Positions 49,455 to 62,770 of a stretch of DNA of 64,000 nucleotides are shown in pieces. The stretch covers positions 23,932,001-23,996,000 of the forward strand of contig CM059440.1 of assembly GCA_030390025.1 (NCBI GenBank), written 5' to 3'. Every line of letters starts with the position of its first letter. Within the stretch, counting starts at the first letter, position 1. Position numbers and translations under genes: made by a program. The notes under the pieces are model-generated. The model saw only the letters and a program-made list of their open reading frames with translations. It did no database searches and was not told the origin of the DNA. The DNA comes from Squalus acanthias. Its lineage: Eukaryota.

Positions 49455-50375
49455 AGTGGGCCATTCAGCCGCCCGAGCCTGTTCTGTCATTCAGTTAGAT
49501 CATGGCTGTTCTGTACCTCAGCTCCATTTACCCGCTGTTAATCCATATCACTTTGATGCCCTTACCTAACAAAAATTTATCAATCTCAGTCTTGAAAATT
49601 TCAATTGACCCAGCGTCCACAGCCTTCTGGGGAAGTGTTCCAGATTTCCACTACCATTTGTGTGGAAAAAGTGCTTCCTGATTTCACTCCTAAATGGCTT
49701 GGCTCTAATTTTAAGATTTTGCGCCCTTGTTCTGTATTCCTCCGCCGGAGGGAATAGTTACTCTGTATCTACCATATCGAATCCATTTGTCATTTTAAAT
49801 ACCTCAAATAGATCACCATTCAGCCTTTTATACTCGAGGGAATACAAACCAGGTTTATGCAATCTGTCCTCATAATTTAACCCTTTAAGCCCCCGCATCA
49901 TTCTGGTAAATCAGCGCTATGCCCCTTCCAAGGCCAATATATCCTTCCTGAGGTGTGGTGCCCAAAACTGAATGTGTACTCCAGATGGGGTCTGACCAAG
50001 GCTCTTTACTGTGGCATAATTTCCTCCTATTTGTATTCTAATACCCTGGAGATAAAGGCCAGCATTCTATTAGTCTTTTTTCATTACTTTTTGTACCTGT
50101 CCACCAGCTTTTAGTGATCTGTGCACATGGACACCTAAACTTCTTTGCTCCTCCACAGTTCCTAATTTCTCACCGTCGAGAAATGATTCCAGTTTGTCTT
50201 TCTTTGATCCAAAGTGGATGGTTTCAGATTGAACTCCATTTGCCACAGTTTTACCCACTCACTGCGTTTCTCTATGTCCCTCTGTAACTTCCTGCTCCCA
50301 TCTGCACAATTTACTGTGCCTCCCCACTTAGTGTCATTTGCAAACTTGGATGTACAACTCTTTCTTCATCCAAGC
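49455..50375 (-). mobile_element. CR1 LINE 3' ~0.9 kb
   Basis: Reverse complement of the 8898-9590 / 57690-58566 type, with RT C-terminal remnants. Confidence 0.88.
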
Positions 50376-50557
50376 CACTGGTAGCTGGCTATCCAAGCCA
50401 AATGTAAGATAGATATTTTTCTATAATCAAATGCAAACATTTGTCACTGAAGTGCAATATTTTCATGGTCTTAGCATAGTTCCTAACTGCTATAAATGCA
50501 AATGTACTACCTCATACCTGGTGCATTCCCATTTTATAAGGCTCATGACATGATAGA

Positions 50558-50770
50558 ACCATAGACATTTATAGCACAGAAGGAGGCTATTTGACCACTC
50601 GTATCTGAGCCAGCTCTTTGCTACAACAATTTAAAACTAATCCCACTGCCCTGCTCTCTCCCATAACCTGTATTTTTCTCTGCTTGAAATGTTTATCCAT
50701 TCTTCTCATAAGATACAGTTGTCTTTGTCTCAACTACTCCCTGTAGCAAAGCATTCCATGCTCGAACATC
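50558..50770 (-). mobile_element. CR1 3' tail fragment just upstream of exon 6
   Basis: catagacatttatagcacagaaggaggctattt...aaagcattccatgctc. Confidence 0.7.
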
Positions 50771-50860
50771 TCTTTTTAAAAAAAAAATAAGTGCAGTGTA
50801 TATATAAAAAAAAACTGTTTGGATTTGTGATGGATGATTCTTATTTAACTCAATTTCTAG

Positions 50861-50983
<123 letters not shown>

Positions 50984-52577
50984 TAGCGTGCTTCTGCCTC
51001 TATGGGTTAATGCTTTTATCGTTCTAAACAGAAAAGGCTGTCGATCTTGAGGTTTCCCCTCCCTTCTCCGCAGAAAAAGTTCCGCTATAACCTTTTATTA
51101 AACCGGTTTGGTCATCTGAAATAAGATATACAAGAGCTTATTGCCTCTAGTTGTTTGTGTTACCTGACAGAAAATTAGCAATACGGAACATTCCTGTACC
51201 TGTGCTGCTTTGGTGAAGAATGGCTCAGGTAGGTGAGAGTTGAAAGGGGGAGAGATTTTGTTTACATAAAACGCAAATTATATGTTGTTCTGTTGATGTA
51301 GCTGTGACTACAGGGACTGTTTAAATGGTTGGTTTAGGTCTCTGTTTACCATTGGCAGTGTGCTTGTTGGGAGAGATGTTTGGCACCTAATGTATCTCTG
51401 GGGAGTGGCTGAAGGAATAACATCTGTTAGCTTAAAGATTGAGCACGTTCAGTTGTGCCTATAAATGGAATGAAAACAGTTGTGCCAAAGTTGCATTATT
51501 TGGGCTAAATACTGCAGCCTGTGGTATTAACATATGCTTGTACAGGCAGACTGATGTAAATAAACATATACTTGTACAGGCAGACTAATTCAGTGATCAC
51601 TATATTCAGTGATACTGGTTAGACCCCACCTCGCTGATTTGAAGTTGCACAACCACATTTTCAGTGAGATCTGAGAAGATTTGATGTTAAACTATGTAGG
51701 TCCAGGTTTACAACCAATAATATGTATAATATAGCTTATATATTAAATTAAGATTTGGGTTGAAAAGCATACCTACAGGTAATGTATAAAGCAAGTCTGA
51801 AATTTGCTTTGACAATTTTCAAACACATTTAAGTTTTTTTCGATTGTAGAGTCAGATTTTTAACTGTGCGTGAAGAGCTGCTCCCACTGTAATCTTGAAA
51901 TAATTAGTGATTTGTGCATTTGTATTGGAAAGCTGATTGCATGCTGCTCCTCTTTTGGCATGTACTGGGCTAAATGGCAAAGGATTCAAGTTTGTAAATA
52001 CGAGGCAACGTCTAAGGGTTTGTAATCCTAGGGAATCGTGTGTGGTTCTGTGAGACTTGAAACTGAGTGAATAAGCTTTGTAGAAATACAGTTTGCTGAT
52101 GGTAGTTAATGGCAGCTTTATTATTGAAGTTGAATGATTGTCCATAACAGTAAATAGTCACTTGTATTGACTTTTCATACACACATAATCAGCCATTTTG
52201 TAGCCGACTTGAGAAAGGCAGGTAATGTAAAGTAGCATATCCAAGTATTACGTTGATGGTTCACCACACTGCCATGGAGTGGTGCTAATGGATCCAGGCC
52301 TGTGATTTTCCCACAAGGTCTTGATTTCCACTGTGCTATTGGGGATAGTATAGAGGAGAAATAGATGCTTACTCAGAAGAGATAGAACTGCCAGGTATCG
52401 CCCCAGACTGCTCTTGTGTATCTTCTAATGACCAGCTGAGTGGCAGAGGCCAGGAATGCACGGACAGGACGAAAAGAAAAATGTACGTTACATCTGCATT
52501 TCAGTTTACATTCAGAAGGACTTTAAGATCAGAACAAACGGATGCCTTTCAGGGTAAACCGAACACACAGTTAGATT

Positions 52578-53295
52578 CATAGAAACATACAGCACAGAAA
52601 CTTGAATCCTTTGCCATTTATCCCAGAACCGCCATTCGGTCCATTGTGCTTGTGCCGGCTCTTTGAAAGAGCTCTCCAATTAGCCCCAGTCCCTGCTCTT
52701 TCCCCACAGCCCTGCATTTTTTTCCTTTTCAAGTATATATCTAATTCCCTTTTGCAAGTTACTATTGAATCTACTTCCACCACCCTTTCAAGCAGTGTGT
52801 TCCAGATCATAACTCGCTCCCCCCACCCCCGGTTCTTTTGCCAATTATCTTAAATCTGTGTCCTCCGGTTACCGACCCTCCTGCCAGTGGAAACAGTTTC
52901 TCCCTATCTACTCTATCTAGACCCTTCATAATTTTGAACACCTCTGTTAAATCTCCCCTTAACCTTCTCTGCTCTAAGAACAATTCCAGCTTCTCTAGTC
53001 TTTCCACATAACTGAAGTCCTTCATTTTTGGTACTATTCTAGTAAATCTCCTCTGTACCCTCTCCAAGGCCTTGACACCCTTCCTAAAGTTTGGTGCCCA
53101 GAATTGGACACAATACTCCAGCTGAGGCCTACCCAGTGATTTTATAAAGGTTTAGCATAACTTCCTTGCTTTTGTACTCTTATTTAAAAAGCCAAGGATG
53201 CCGTATGCTTTTTTAACAGCCTTATCAACTTGTCCTGTTACCTTCAAAGATTTGTGTATGTGAACCCTCAGGTCTCTCTCTCTTCCTGCACCCCC
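52578..53295 (-). mobile_element. CR1 LINE 3' portion
   Basis: Reverse ORF ERVQRRFTRIVPKMKDFSYVERLEKL...RRLRGDLTEVFKIMKG. Confidence 0.9.
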
Positions 53296-54019
53296 TTTAA
53301 AATAGTTTTTACTCTTTTGGTGCAGACACTTTTGTAGTTAAATGTGTCACATTTGATGTGTTTGTTCAAATAACTCTTTAAACTCTGTGTAATTTGTAAT
53401 TAAAAATGTTCCACAAGTTTTTAAGCTTATCTCCTATGCCTTTAGGAGGCCAGTGAGTTTTGGGGATGCAAATTTATCCTTGCCAGTATTGGAAAATCTG
53501 GATGAGAGTGAGGCTCCAGCAGAACTATTCGATTGGAAGGTTTTTTGAAGTCTGGAAATTAAAACACGAAGCTTTAAACATTTCCTCAGATTCTTCCCAA
53601 AAGGCTGAATGTGTGCTGTCCAGATTTAATCTAAGCAATTGCAAGGTGCAGAGTAGGTTAGACTGCAAAGTGGCTGCTCGGAGCTTTCGCCCACATAGTT
53701 CAAGTAGTGTGGAACTGCTTCCTTAGCTTTTTCAATTTGTCAGTAATGTTAGATATTAAATGTAGAGTGACATCAATGAATATGAAAAGGGACTAGATAC
53801 TGCATGAAGGCAGGATCGAGCACCAAAAGTGTACAGAAGTGTTGTAGAGCAGATTAGAAGGGAGTTAGCACAACCTTATTGAGAGACATTGGGAAAGAAA
53901 AGTACAGTTCACAGAATGAGTGATTTGAAAGGTTAATTCATAAACTTTACAATAAAAGCCTGATTTGTTGAATGGCTGGCTTTTTTTTATAGAAAAAAAT
54001 AGATGTTGCAGATCTAACA

Positions 54020-54466
54020 GTGTCAGCTGTAGCACTCTCGCCTCTGAGTCAGAAGGTTGTGGGTTCAAGTCCCACTCTCGGGACTTGAGCACAAAAATCT
54101 AGGCTGACACTCCAGTGCAGTACTGAGGGAGTGCTGCGCTGTCTTTCAGGTGAGACATTAAACCGAGGCCCCGTCTGCTCTCTCAGGTGGACGTAAAAGA
54201 TCCCATGGCACTATTTCGAAGAAGAGCAGGCGAGTTATCCCCAGTGTCCTGGCCAATATTTATCCCTCAATCAACATCATAAAAACAGATTATCTGGTCA
54301 TTATCACATTGCTGTTTGTGGGACCTTGCTGTGTGCAAATTGGCTGCTGCATTTCCTACATTACAACAGTGACTGCACTTCAAAAGTACTTCATTGGCTG
54401 TAAAGCACTTTGAGACGTCCAGTGGTCGTGAAAGGCGCTATATAAATGTAAGTCTTTTCTTTCTTT
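54020..54466 (+). mobile_element. Near full-length DeuSINE (SacSINE1-like)
   Basis: tRNA-like head with box B gggttcaagtccc. Deu core ggtggacgtaaaagatcccatggcactatttcgaagaagagcagg. L2-type tail gaaaggcgctatataaatg. Confidence 0.85.
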
Positions 54467-54561
54467 AATATGGTTAAATGGTTTACATGAACAGTAAAGA
54501 GTTTATTTTTGGTAGTTTATAATGAATTGCGACTGGAATCAGAGAAGAATAGAAATATGAT

Positions 54562-54805
54562 AGCAAAATACTGCGGATGCTGGAAATCCGAAATAACAAC
54601 AGAAAACGCTGGAAAAACTCAGCAGGCCAGGCAGCATCCGTGGAGAGAGAAACAGAGTTAACGTTTCAGGTCGAAGACCCTTCGTCGGGACTGGAAAAAA
54701 GCAGGAAATGAAATAGATTTAAAGCAAGTATAATGCTGGGAAAAGGGGGAGGGGATGAAAGAACAAAGGGGAAGGTCAGTGGTAGGATAGAAGGCAGGAG
54801 AGAGG
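54562..54805 (-). mobile_element. Penelope-derived repeat
   Basis: Matches the left arm of the 7731-7968 element, then a purine-rich extension. Confidence 0.75.
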
Positions 54806-55619
54806 TAGTTACCGTTCATTGTATTGGAAAATGGGATTTTACTGTTCAATAAATTCCATCTTAAAAGATGTAAAAGTGTCCATATTTTCTGTTTAACATC
54901 TGGAAAATAACATCGATATATTGTAAAGCAGAAAACTACATTAAAGGCTTTAGAATCCTGAAGAGTTAAATTATGATGTTTTTAAAATGTCAGTGAAACC
55001 CTGTGCGGTGTAAATATTTGATAGAAGTGAAGCATAAACACTTACATTTCTCAAAGAATAAAGCCAAGAATCATAATTACTGCTGAGCCGTGGATCTTGC
55101 CAATGAAAACACTGTTTAGTGAAAATAGATGTTTTTGTGCTGCTTGCTGTCAACTGTGTAAGGACCAACTATAACTTATTCTCCAGTTAGGCACCTTAAC
55201 TTCTGCTTTCAATTCACTGCACAAGATAATATGTAATGGACATGTAAGATGTGTTAAGATTGCCTTTCAGGATAACTATAGAAGCAATGAAAGGTACTCA
55301 TGTAATGAAGTAATGGGATAGCACTGTGACTCAGCTTATTATCCTCCACCAATATGTCTGATTTAAGGTTTATCAGGTTTCATCCCAGAGAGACTGATGG
55401 AGTTACCCTTTCTTGGGAAAGGGCTCTTTGGGAGAGTAGTATATGACCTGATGAAATTGTTGAGCCTTTCAGGGAACGACACTTTAGCCCAATCTGGCAG
55501 ACACAGTGACTGCTGGAGAGCATACATGACAAACTTCCTTTTGGCCCAAGAAACATGCGCAAGGAGTAAGGAGCATAGGTTTAGAAACAGATAGGTCCTG
55601 CTTCACAAGTCTACTGGAG

Positions 55620-55860
55620 TTCAGTGAGGTGTAGTTAAATTGGTAGATAAGGGCTATCCGATATAATTTATTTGAATTTTAAAAAGTTATTGATAAAGTT
55701 CCATAGGTTGGGGGCTTATTGACCAGATTAAAAATCATGAAATTAATAGCAAATTACCTAGTTATATTGAAAACTGGCTCAGTAATACGAAGCAGGTAAT
55801 GAATGGAAAAAACGTTGGCCTGGGCACCAACTAGCAATCTGCTCTGGGTCCCTGCTGTTC
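55620..55860 (+). mobile_element. Old CR1 RT fragment
   Basis: gtagataaggg...gatataatttatttgaattttaaaaag..ttgataaagttcc resembles VDxG..D.IYLDF.KAFDKVP. Confidence 0.6.
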
Positions 55861-56771
55861 ACACTGGAGGAGAGTGCTGTTTGTGACATTAGGTTATACA
55901 GTACAGCCAAGTAACCAGTATGAATTAAAAATTATTGTAACTGTAGCTTTATCTATGTGCAAAAGTAGATGATGAGTGGCTTTATAGCAGTTATTCAGAG
56001 CAAGTCTTTCTTTTTCGCTGAACCTGAAAAATTTGCCTGAACTTGCCTAATCCGAAAAACTGTGACATCTGCATCAGTCGCATCAGAAATGACTATTTAT
56101 CTAACAAAATAGAAGTGAATAGACTTAATGGGTGTGTTGCAGAGACTACAAATGAAGGCTTTGCATGCTATGTTTAAACCATTCAGATTTCTGTCAGTGA
56201 TGGATTACGAATCTTCAGAGTTATATAAACAATCGAGCGTGATTTTCCAGTTTGGATAAGTTTTGTTTTCTATCCAGCTTTGTAGAGAAATCAGTGATAG
56301 CTAATTTCTGTTTGACAGTGAACAAGCTGGAACAGGGGAAAATGACTAATAGTTTCAATTCCCACTTAGGCAGCTGATAATGACCTGAGTTGCAATCTCA
56401 TTATACCAATTAATATTTTATTAATTATTTGCCTAGTTACTTCATGATTTCATTCTTTCTCATGTGTTCAATTTCCACGTGCATCTAGGAATGTCCCAGA
56501 AGGGAAAATCACCTGGGTCAGACACATTTCCTTTAGGAAATTTGTGCAATCTATGATTGAATTTATGGCAGCTTTCCAAAATAAGAGATTATTGAGATAT
56601 GCTGCAACAGCCTTTGTTGATGTTTTGTAAAAGGAAGTTTCTATATGCCTTCTGTCTGGTCTCTACCTGCAAGGATACTTTACAAGATCCATGCTAAGGA
56701 AAATGAATCATTTGGTTGATGAATATTCAGCTCTTGGACCCCCTGTCTCTGAGCATCCCTTTAAGTTTTAT

Positions 56772-57066
56772 GGGGAAAAAATGGAGTCGTGCCCCCTTTG
56801 GGGCGCTACTTTTAGCGCCCTGAAAAAATTAGCGCCCCCGCGGCCGAAATTGAGTGGTAGCACCCCAAGAGGGAAGCGGGGCACTACTGGAAGCGCCCTG
56901 CCTCCCTCTTGGGGCGCTGCGAGCGAATATTGCTGCGCACAAATTGGCTGCCATGTTTCCCTATATGATAACAATGACTACACTTCAAAAAGTACTTAAT
57001 TGGGTGTGAAGTACTTTGGGACATCCTTCGGACTGAAAGGCGCTTTATAAAAGTTCTTTCTTTCCT
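56772..57066 (+). mobile_element. MITE left end (41616 family) fused to a DeuSINE/L2 tail
   Basis: 56772-~56935 is similar to 41616-41730. From ~56931 onward it is similar to 54327-54460. Confidence 0.7.
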
Positions 57067-57235
57067 TCTTGCCATTATCGTTCAGGTGCCTCCTCTGATC
57101 ATAGAAGTAAAGGATTGATTCAAGATGCAGCCACAGTGTAAAAATAATTAGGGCACATCCTAAAGCAGAAATTTTTTATAATGGATTCTCCAATTCTGTA
57201 CCATGTTCTAATAAGCTTTTGAGTTAACAATGGGT

Positions 57236-57634
57236 TTTCAAACATATAAGATTCTGAGGGGGATTTGAAACATAAGATACTGCGCGGGATTGACAGGGTA
57301 GATGCTGAGAGGTTGTTTCCCCTGGCTGGAGAGTCTAGAACTAGGGGGCATAGTCTTAGGATAAGGGGTCGGCCATTTAAGACTGAGATGAGGAGGAATT
57401 TCTTCAGAGGGTTGTGAATCTTTGGAATTCTCTCCCCAAAGGGCTGTGGATGCTGAGTCGTTGAGTATATTCAAGGCTGAGAAAGATAGATTTTTGGACT
57501 CTAGGGGAATCAAGGAATATGGAGATTGGGCAGGAAAGTGGAGTTGCGGTCAAAGATCAGCCATGATCTCATTGAATGGCGGAGCAGGCTCGATGGGCCG
57601 TATGGCCGACTCCTGCTCCTATTTCTTATGTTCT
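57236..57634 (+). mobile_element. Young CR1 3' end
   Basis: Reverse-complement match to 28483-28870, with a short tandem duplication at its 5' junction. Confidence 0.9.
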
Positions 57635-57689
57635 TGCGTAAATCCACTTCTTTTTGCCAATTTGTTTGTTTACAAACCTTCTTGTCTTC

Positions 57690-58566
57690 TAAGTTAGGAG
57701 GTACACTAAGATATGTAGATAGGAGCAGGAAATTACTAAGGGACATAAACAGCCTTAACTGAGTGGGTAAAACTATGGAAGATGGAATTCAACTTGGGAA
57801 GTGTGAGGTCATCCACTTTGGATCCGGGAAAGACAAATCAGTATATTTTCTTAATGGTGGGAGATTATAAGCTGTGGAGGAGCAAAGAGATTTGGGTGTC
57901 CATATGCACAGATCACTAAAAGCTAGTGCAAAGGTACAAAATTAACCAAAAGGTGAATGGAATGTTGACCTTTATCTCAAGGTTGTTGGGATACAGAAGT
58001 GAGGAAGTGATGCTTAAGTTGTACAGAGCTTTGGTCGACGCTATCTGGTGTACTGCGTTCAGTTTTAGGAACTGAACCTCAGGAGAGATACATTGGTCTC
58101 GGAAGGGGTACAGCGTAGATTCACCAGAATGATTCCAGGGCTTAAAGGGTTAAATTATGAGGGCAGCAGCATAAACTTGACTTGTATTCCCTTGAGTTTA
58201 AATGGTTAAGGGGTGATCTAATTGAGGTGTTTTAAATGATAAAGGGATTCGAAAGGGTAGGCACAGAAAAACTATTTCCATTGGTGGGGAATCCAGAACA
58301 AGAGGGCATAATCTTAAAATTAGAGCTAGGCCATTTAGGAGTGAAATCAGGAAGCACGTTATCACAAAGGGTGGAAATCTGGAACTCTCAAAAGGCTGTG
58401 AATGCTGGGTCAATTGAAATTTCAAGACTGAGATTGATAGGTAAGGGTGTCAAAGGATATGAAACAAAAGCAGGTAAATTGAGTTGAGGTGCAGATCAGC
58501 CATGATCTAATTGAATGGCAGAAGAGGCTCAAGGGGCTAAATTGTCTATTCCTGTTTCTATGTTCC
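57690..58566 (+). mobile_element. CR1 LINE 3' ~0.9 kb
   Basis: RT C-terminal remnants (gatggaattcaac..aagtgtgaggtcatccactttgg) through to the tail. Confidence 0.88.
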
Positions 58567-59751
58567 TGAAGATGTTGATTTCTACATAGTGTACAGTTAC
58601 TAGGATGCTGGTAGCAATAGGAGCAGGATCCCTGGCTGGTTTGCCTCCCTAGCCCAGGTGCACTGAGACACTTGCAGCATCCTTTACTGCCACCATGGGT
58701 CAGATCAGCCCAAAACAGGAATTAAAGCCAGGACTGTCGTTGGATGAAGCCATGGAAAATTTTACCATGTTAAAGGCGCTATATAAATGCAAGTTGTTTA
58801 CCAACTCTAACAATATTCTTTAAGTGGTATTTCATAAGATGTATGTCTTCTCTTCTTCTTTGCACAGTTCTTCTGTTGGATCTCTGTCATTACTCAGGCT
58901 ATCTTTCACACTGTTTCGCCCTTTATTTGTACTATAATTTAGCCATGGGGTGCTGTGTAAGGCAGTACATCACTGGGGTGCTTTAATTAGACATGTCTGC
59001 TCAGAAAAAAGATGGTTATCCTCATTAGTTATGATGTTAGATGTGTGTATTTGCATAGATAAATGTTTCATTACTTTGTGTTTTTAAAAAGTTTGGGATG
59101 AGAAGTATTTTATTTTCTAACGCTGCCATTATGAAGGAATCTCTTTCTGTTGTGCATTGTTAGAATACGAAGATTGTTAGCCTGAATGTGTAGACATTGT
59201 TCTCAGCAGACCACCCATCTAATGCAGCATAATGAGCCATGTTAATACATTTGTATCTCTTTGTTGGTTTTTTTTGTTAGTAATTGTATGAATCATGGAA
59301 AATGTTTGGACACCAGCTATCGAGTTGCTTGCAGCTGCAGAATTGGGTCTTTTGAAGAATCCCATGACCTGATCAATACCCCCATTGTGCGTCAGCCTGC
59401 AGGGCCCAAAGGCGTCCAGTTTCATGAACTCCTTTTGCAACTGTCCGCCACCAAGTTACATCTATAATGTGCAAACAGATGGCCAAAGAAATGATGCAGC
59501 AGTTGCTTTGGCTGTAGACTGTGGTGCTTGAAACCAATTGTTTAGAAGGAGCGACTGAGAAACTGCATATTGGCCTTGGCTGTAAAACTCTGCAAGCTGA
59601 GAACATCTGCAGACGCAGTGAGGTTGAGAAATAGTTGTTTTGTGAGTTCATTCACTGTTTTGAGTCCAGTTGTGAGCTACAACCTCACCTGTGGAAGATT
59701 TCCCCCTGCAATCCAACTCGCGTACTAAATTCTGTGGGTTTTTTTTTACAG

Positions 59752-59817
59752 ATGGAGAAAGATGAGAACGTGAGTGAATCGTCGCCTCACATTGCTAATA
59801 TTGGGAAGCTGGTAGAG
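59752..59817 (+). CDS. CAPZB: CAPZB exon 7, MEKDENVSESSPHIANIGKLVE
   Basis: Acceptor tttttttacag|, donor |gtaagt, 66 nt, phase 0/0. Confidence 0.97.
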
Positions 59818-60050
59818 GTAAGTGGAGCAATTCTCTATGTAAATAGGACAAAAAAATTTTAAGACCCATCTGGAGTTTCACAATAATAAGAGGGAAAGGT
59901 TTATGAGTCTGACTGACTATAGACCGGTATACTGTAAAGAAATGTGATACAAATGCTGTCCCATATGTGATCATTGATCTTTTGATCCTTGTAAATATTT
60001 TTCAGCGTACGTTTAAGATGCCTCCACTCTGCCAAAGAATTAGGGAGGTT

Positions 60051-61069
60051 TCTACATTGTATTTATTGCATTACAGAGAAAACCACTGTAACCCTTTCTA
60101 TTCCTGAGAATTATATTTTTTACTTTGATTACTTGTAGTACTCCAGATACTTTCAGGAATTCAGGTTATATGTTTAGCCTGACCAGTTAAATGAGAAGGG
60201 ATGTCTATAAGGTATATTTTTATTATAAGTACTCCTCATTCTATATCTTAAGTTATCTTTGATAATCAAACCTTCATCAGAACTTATAGATGTCAAGCAT
60301 CTCCACTGTATGCAATGGATGTCAAATATCTGCACTAGCCTGAGAGGAAGAAATGTTACAGCTTGATTGCAGAATGCCCATCTGATTTCCAAAAATTGGG
60401 CAGCTCCACATAGACAAGCGGGTTGTTCCAAAGTCATTATCTCTGCATCTCCATTGCATTCAATGGAGCCACTCCACATACCTTCCTGATAGGAATGGCG
60501 TGGAGCAAGGTCAAAAGTAATTTTTATGAAGGTATTTATAAATGAGAGAATACTTTTGAATAAAAACTATTTATATAAAAATAGAACTTCCTAGAGATTT
60601 GATAGAGGGTCATATTCTAGGTTGAACATTTATTTGCAATGGAATGTCTTTATTTTAAGGGTTGCTGTGGCACATGTGCATTGCACCATTGAGAAGTAAG
60701 CATTAGTGATTCTCCATAGTGAGAATTTATAATCCTGAAAATGGGCTGACTAAAGCCAGGCAATATCTGCACACATGTGAGTGGCAGATTACGGTGCACC
60801 ATTGGCAGAAGGTGAGGAGCTGGGTGCCTGTCTTCCTCCCACAACATAAGAACATAAGACATAAGACGTAGGAGCAGGAGTAGGTCATTTGGCCCCTCGA
60901 GCCTGCTCCGCCATTCAATAAGATCATGGCTGATCTGATCTTGGCCTCAACTCCACTTCCCTGCCCGCTCCCCATAACCCTCGACTCTACATTGTATTTA
61001 TTGCATTACAGAGAAAACCACTGTAACCCTTTCTATTCCTGAGAATTATATTTTTTACTTTCATTACTT
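60051..61069 (+). repeat. 84-bp direct repeat pair (60051-60134 and 60986-61069)
   Basis: 83/84 identical by manual comparison. Confidence 0.92.
60843..60987 (-). mobile_element. Short young CR1 3' tail
   Basis: (aacataag)n then ggagcaggagtaggtcatttggcccctcgagcctgctccgccattc. Confidence 0.88.
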
Positions 61070-62751
61070 TGCTTGCAGCAAACAGTTGTGTGTACATTTG
61101 GTCAGCTTAAATAGGAGGCTACACAGGAGTGAATGAATTACATCAATTTTAATTTCTGTTTGGCCCATTTTGTGCATTCTCCTTCTCTTTAACAGTTATT
61201 TTTAAATACAAATTTTAAATTATAACACATTTGAATTGTTGATTTACATGATTAGGTGACAACTGTCCTTAAGCCATGTACAAAGCTTCCACCAAAGGTG
61301 CTATCAAAATTTCAGTTGCAACACAAATCGCCATCCCACCTTTCCATCCGCCAGCTCACAAGTTAAGAGCTGTAGCTTCAACTTCATTTTGTCAGTGCTG
61401 ACTGAACCATGATTTAATATACTGACAGAGCAAAACTTACTCGGATGTAAAAGCTGGTAAATACTTCAGATGCGCTATATCAAAACTAGTTAGTAAAATG
61501 GATTTTTACACTGGTTCTATCCAAGGGAGGACGAGGTAAAGTGGTCCCAGTTCATCAAAAATAGCAGGATTACTGAAGCTTTGTTTCCTCAGTCTTTTGC
61601 TACATGAGACTTTAATCTGTTTCTGAGCAAGTTAACAATATGGAGCCTTCTGAACCTATAGCTTTGGTGGGAGACGTTTCTTATACTTGGACAGTTACAT
61701 AACTAGCCCTTGTCTTGGCACAAAGAGTAGTGAACTGCATGCATTAGTGGTGGGTCCACAGTCTCTTATTTTGCAGGTGGATAAAACATTTCTCATACCC
61801 CATCTATCATTTTGGCTAAAGCTTTAATGTTGCCCTCCCCAGTTTGACTGACTCATTTTTGTAAAGGTCGAGCTATACTTAGAACAAGATTGCCTAACAT
61901 CTTCGTGCCATTTGGTGAGATGTGTAATACAATCTAGCAACACAGAATCCATGCATATGATTCTGGTGTAAAAACCACAGTTGTGGCAGTATAATGAAAC
62001 CAAATGAGTTTCTTAATCATGCCAAAAGCAGCGTACTCTGGTATCTCGGTTTTAATCCATCTAAGGCAGGTGGCTCTGAGATCTTTCGTCTGTTGATGAA
62101 AATCTACCAATTCCAGGAATTATACGTTTCAGAGCAGTTTGTTGTTTCAGATATTATGCAGTAGAATGGTAAGCCGCAGGTTTCTGCTGCTGATTTCCAA
62201 CACAAGCTTCTGATGTGTGTTGGGATGTTTGGAAAGCAAGTAGCAGCTCCCTGTCAGAAAGAAAGGAGGCCACGGCGATCTCGGCCTATTTGCGAGGCTT
62301 GGAGGCTAGTTAGCTGCCTAGTCACTGATGCAGAATGTTTGGATGGGAAATGTAAAGAGGCAAGCAAGTTAGTTATTGGAAGAGACATGATTAATGGCTG
62401 ACCAATTCACCTTAAAAAAAATAAAAAATTGCTCCCACTGGGCTGAGTCACGTTTTTCTGCAGTGTGCAAGAATCCAGCTTGTAGCATTACAAATTTTTT
62501 GCACCACCAGGAGAATAACTTTGTTTGCCTTCATGGAGTGCAGTCTGGGAAGGACGACGTCACTGTGGCTTGCCTGTGTTCTGTAGCTGTTCTATAAAAT
62601 TTTCCACAGAACTCTGGCTCGTACACAAAACAGATATTTATTATTTTAAGAGCCAAAATTCTTTGGAAAGTTCAATAGCACAGCTACAGAGCGCAAGCTG
62701 GCTACAATTAAATTGACCTAACCAGAATGCATTGCATGCAAGGAGGACCAA

Positions 62752-62770
62752 TAGTGACCCCTGGTGGTGA
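62752..62770 (-). promoter_or_regulatory. Candidate CTCF site
   Basis: Reverse strand tcaCCACCAGGGGTCAct, one mismatch to CCACCAGGGGGCR. Confidence 0.4.

Noticed and set aside
59481-59575. C/D snoRNA-like layout upstream of exon 7 (atgatgc...ctga, ggccaa/ttggcc)
   Set aside because: Box C is imperfect, the stem is not adjacent to the boxes, and there is no recognisable guide sequence.
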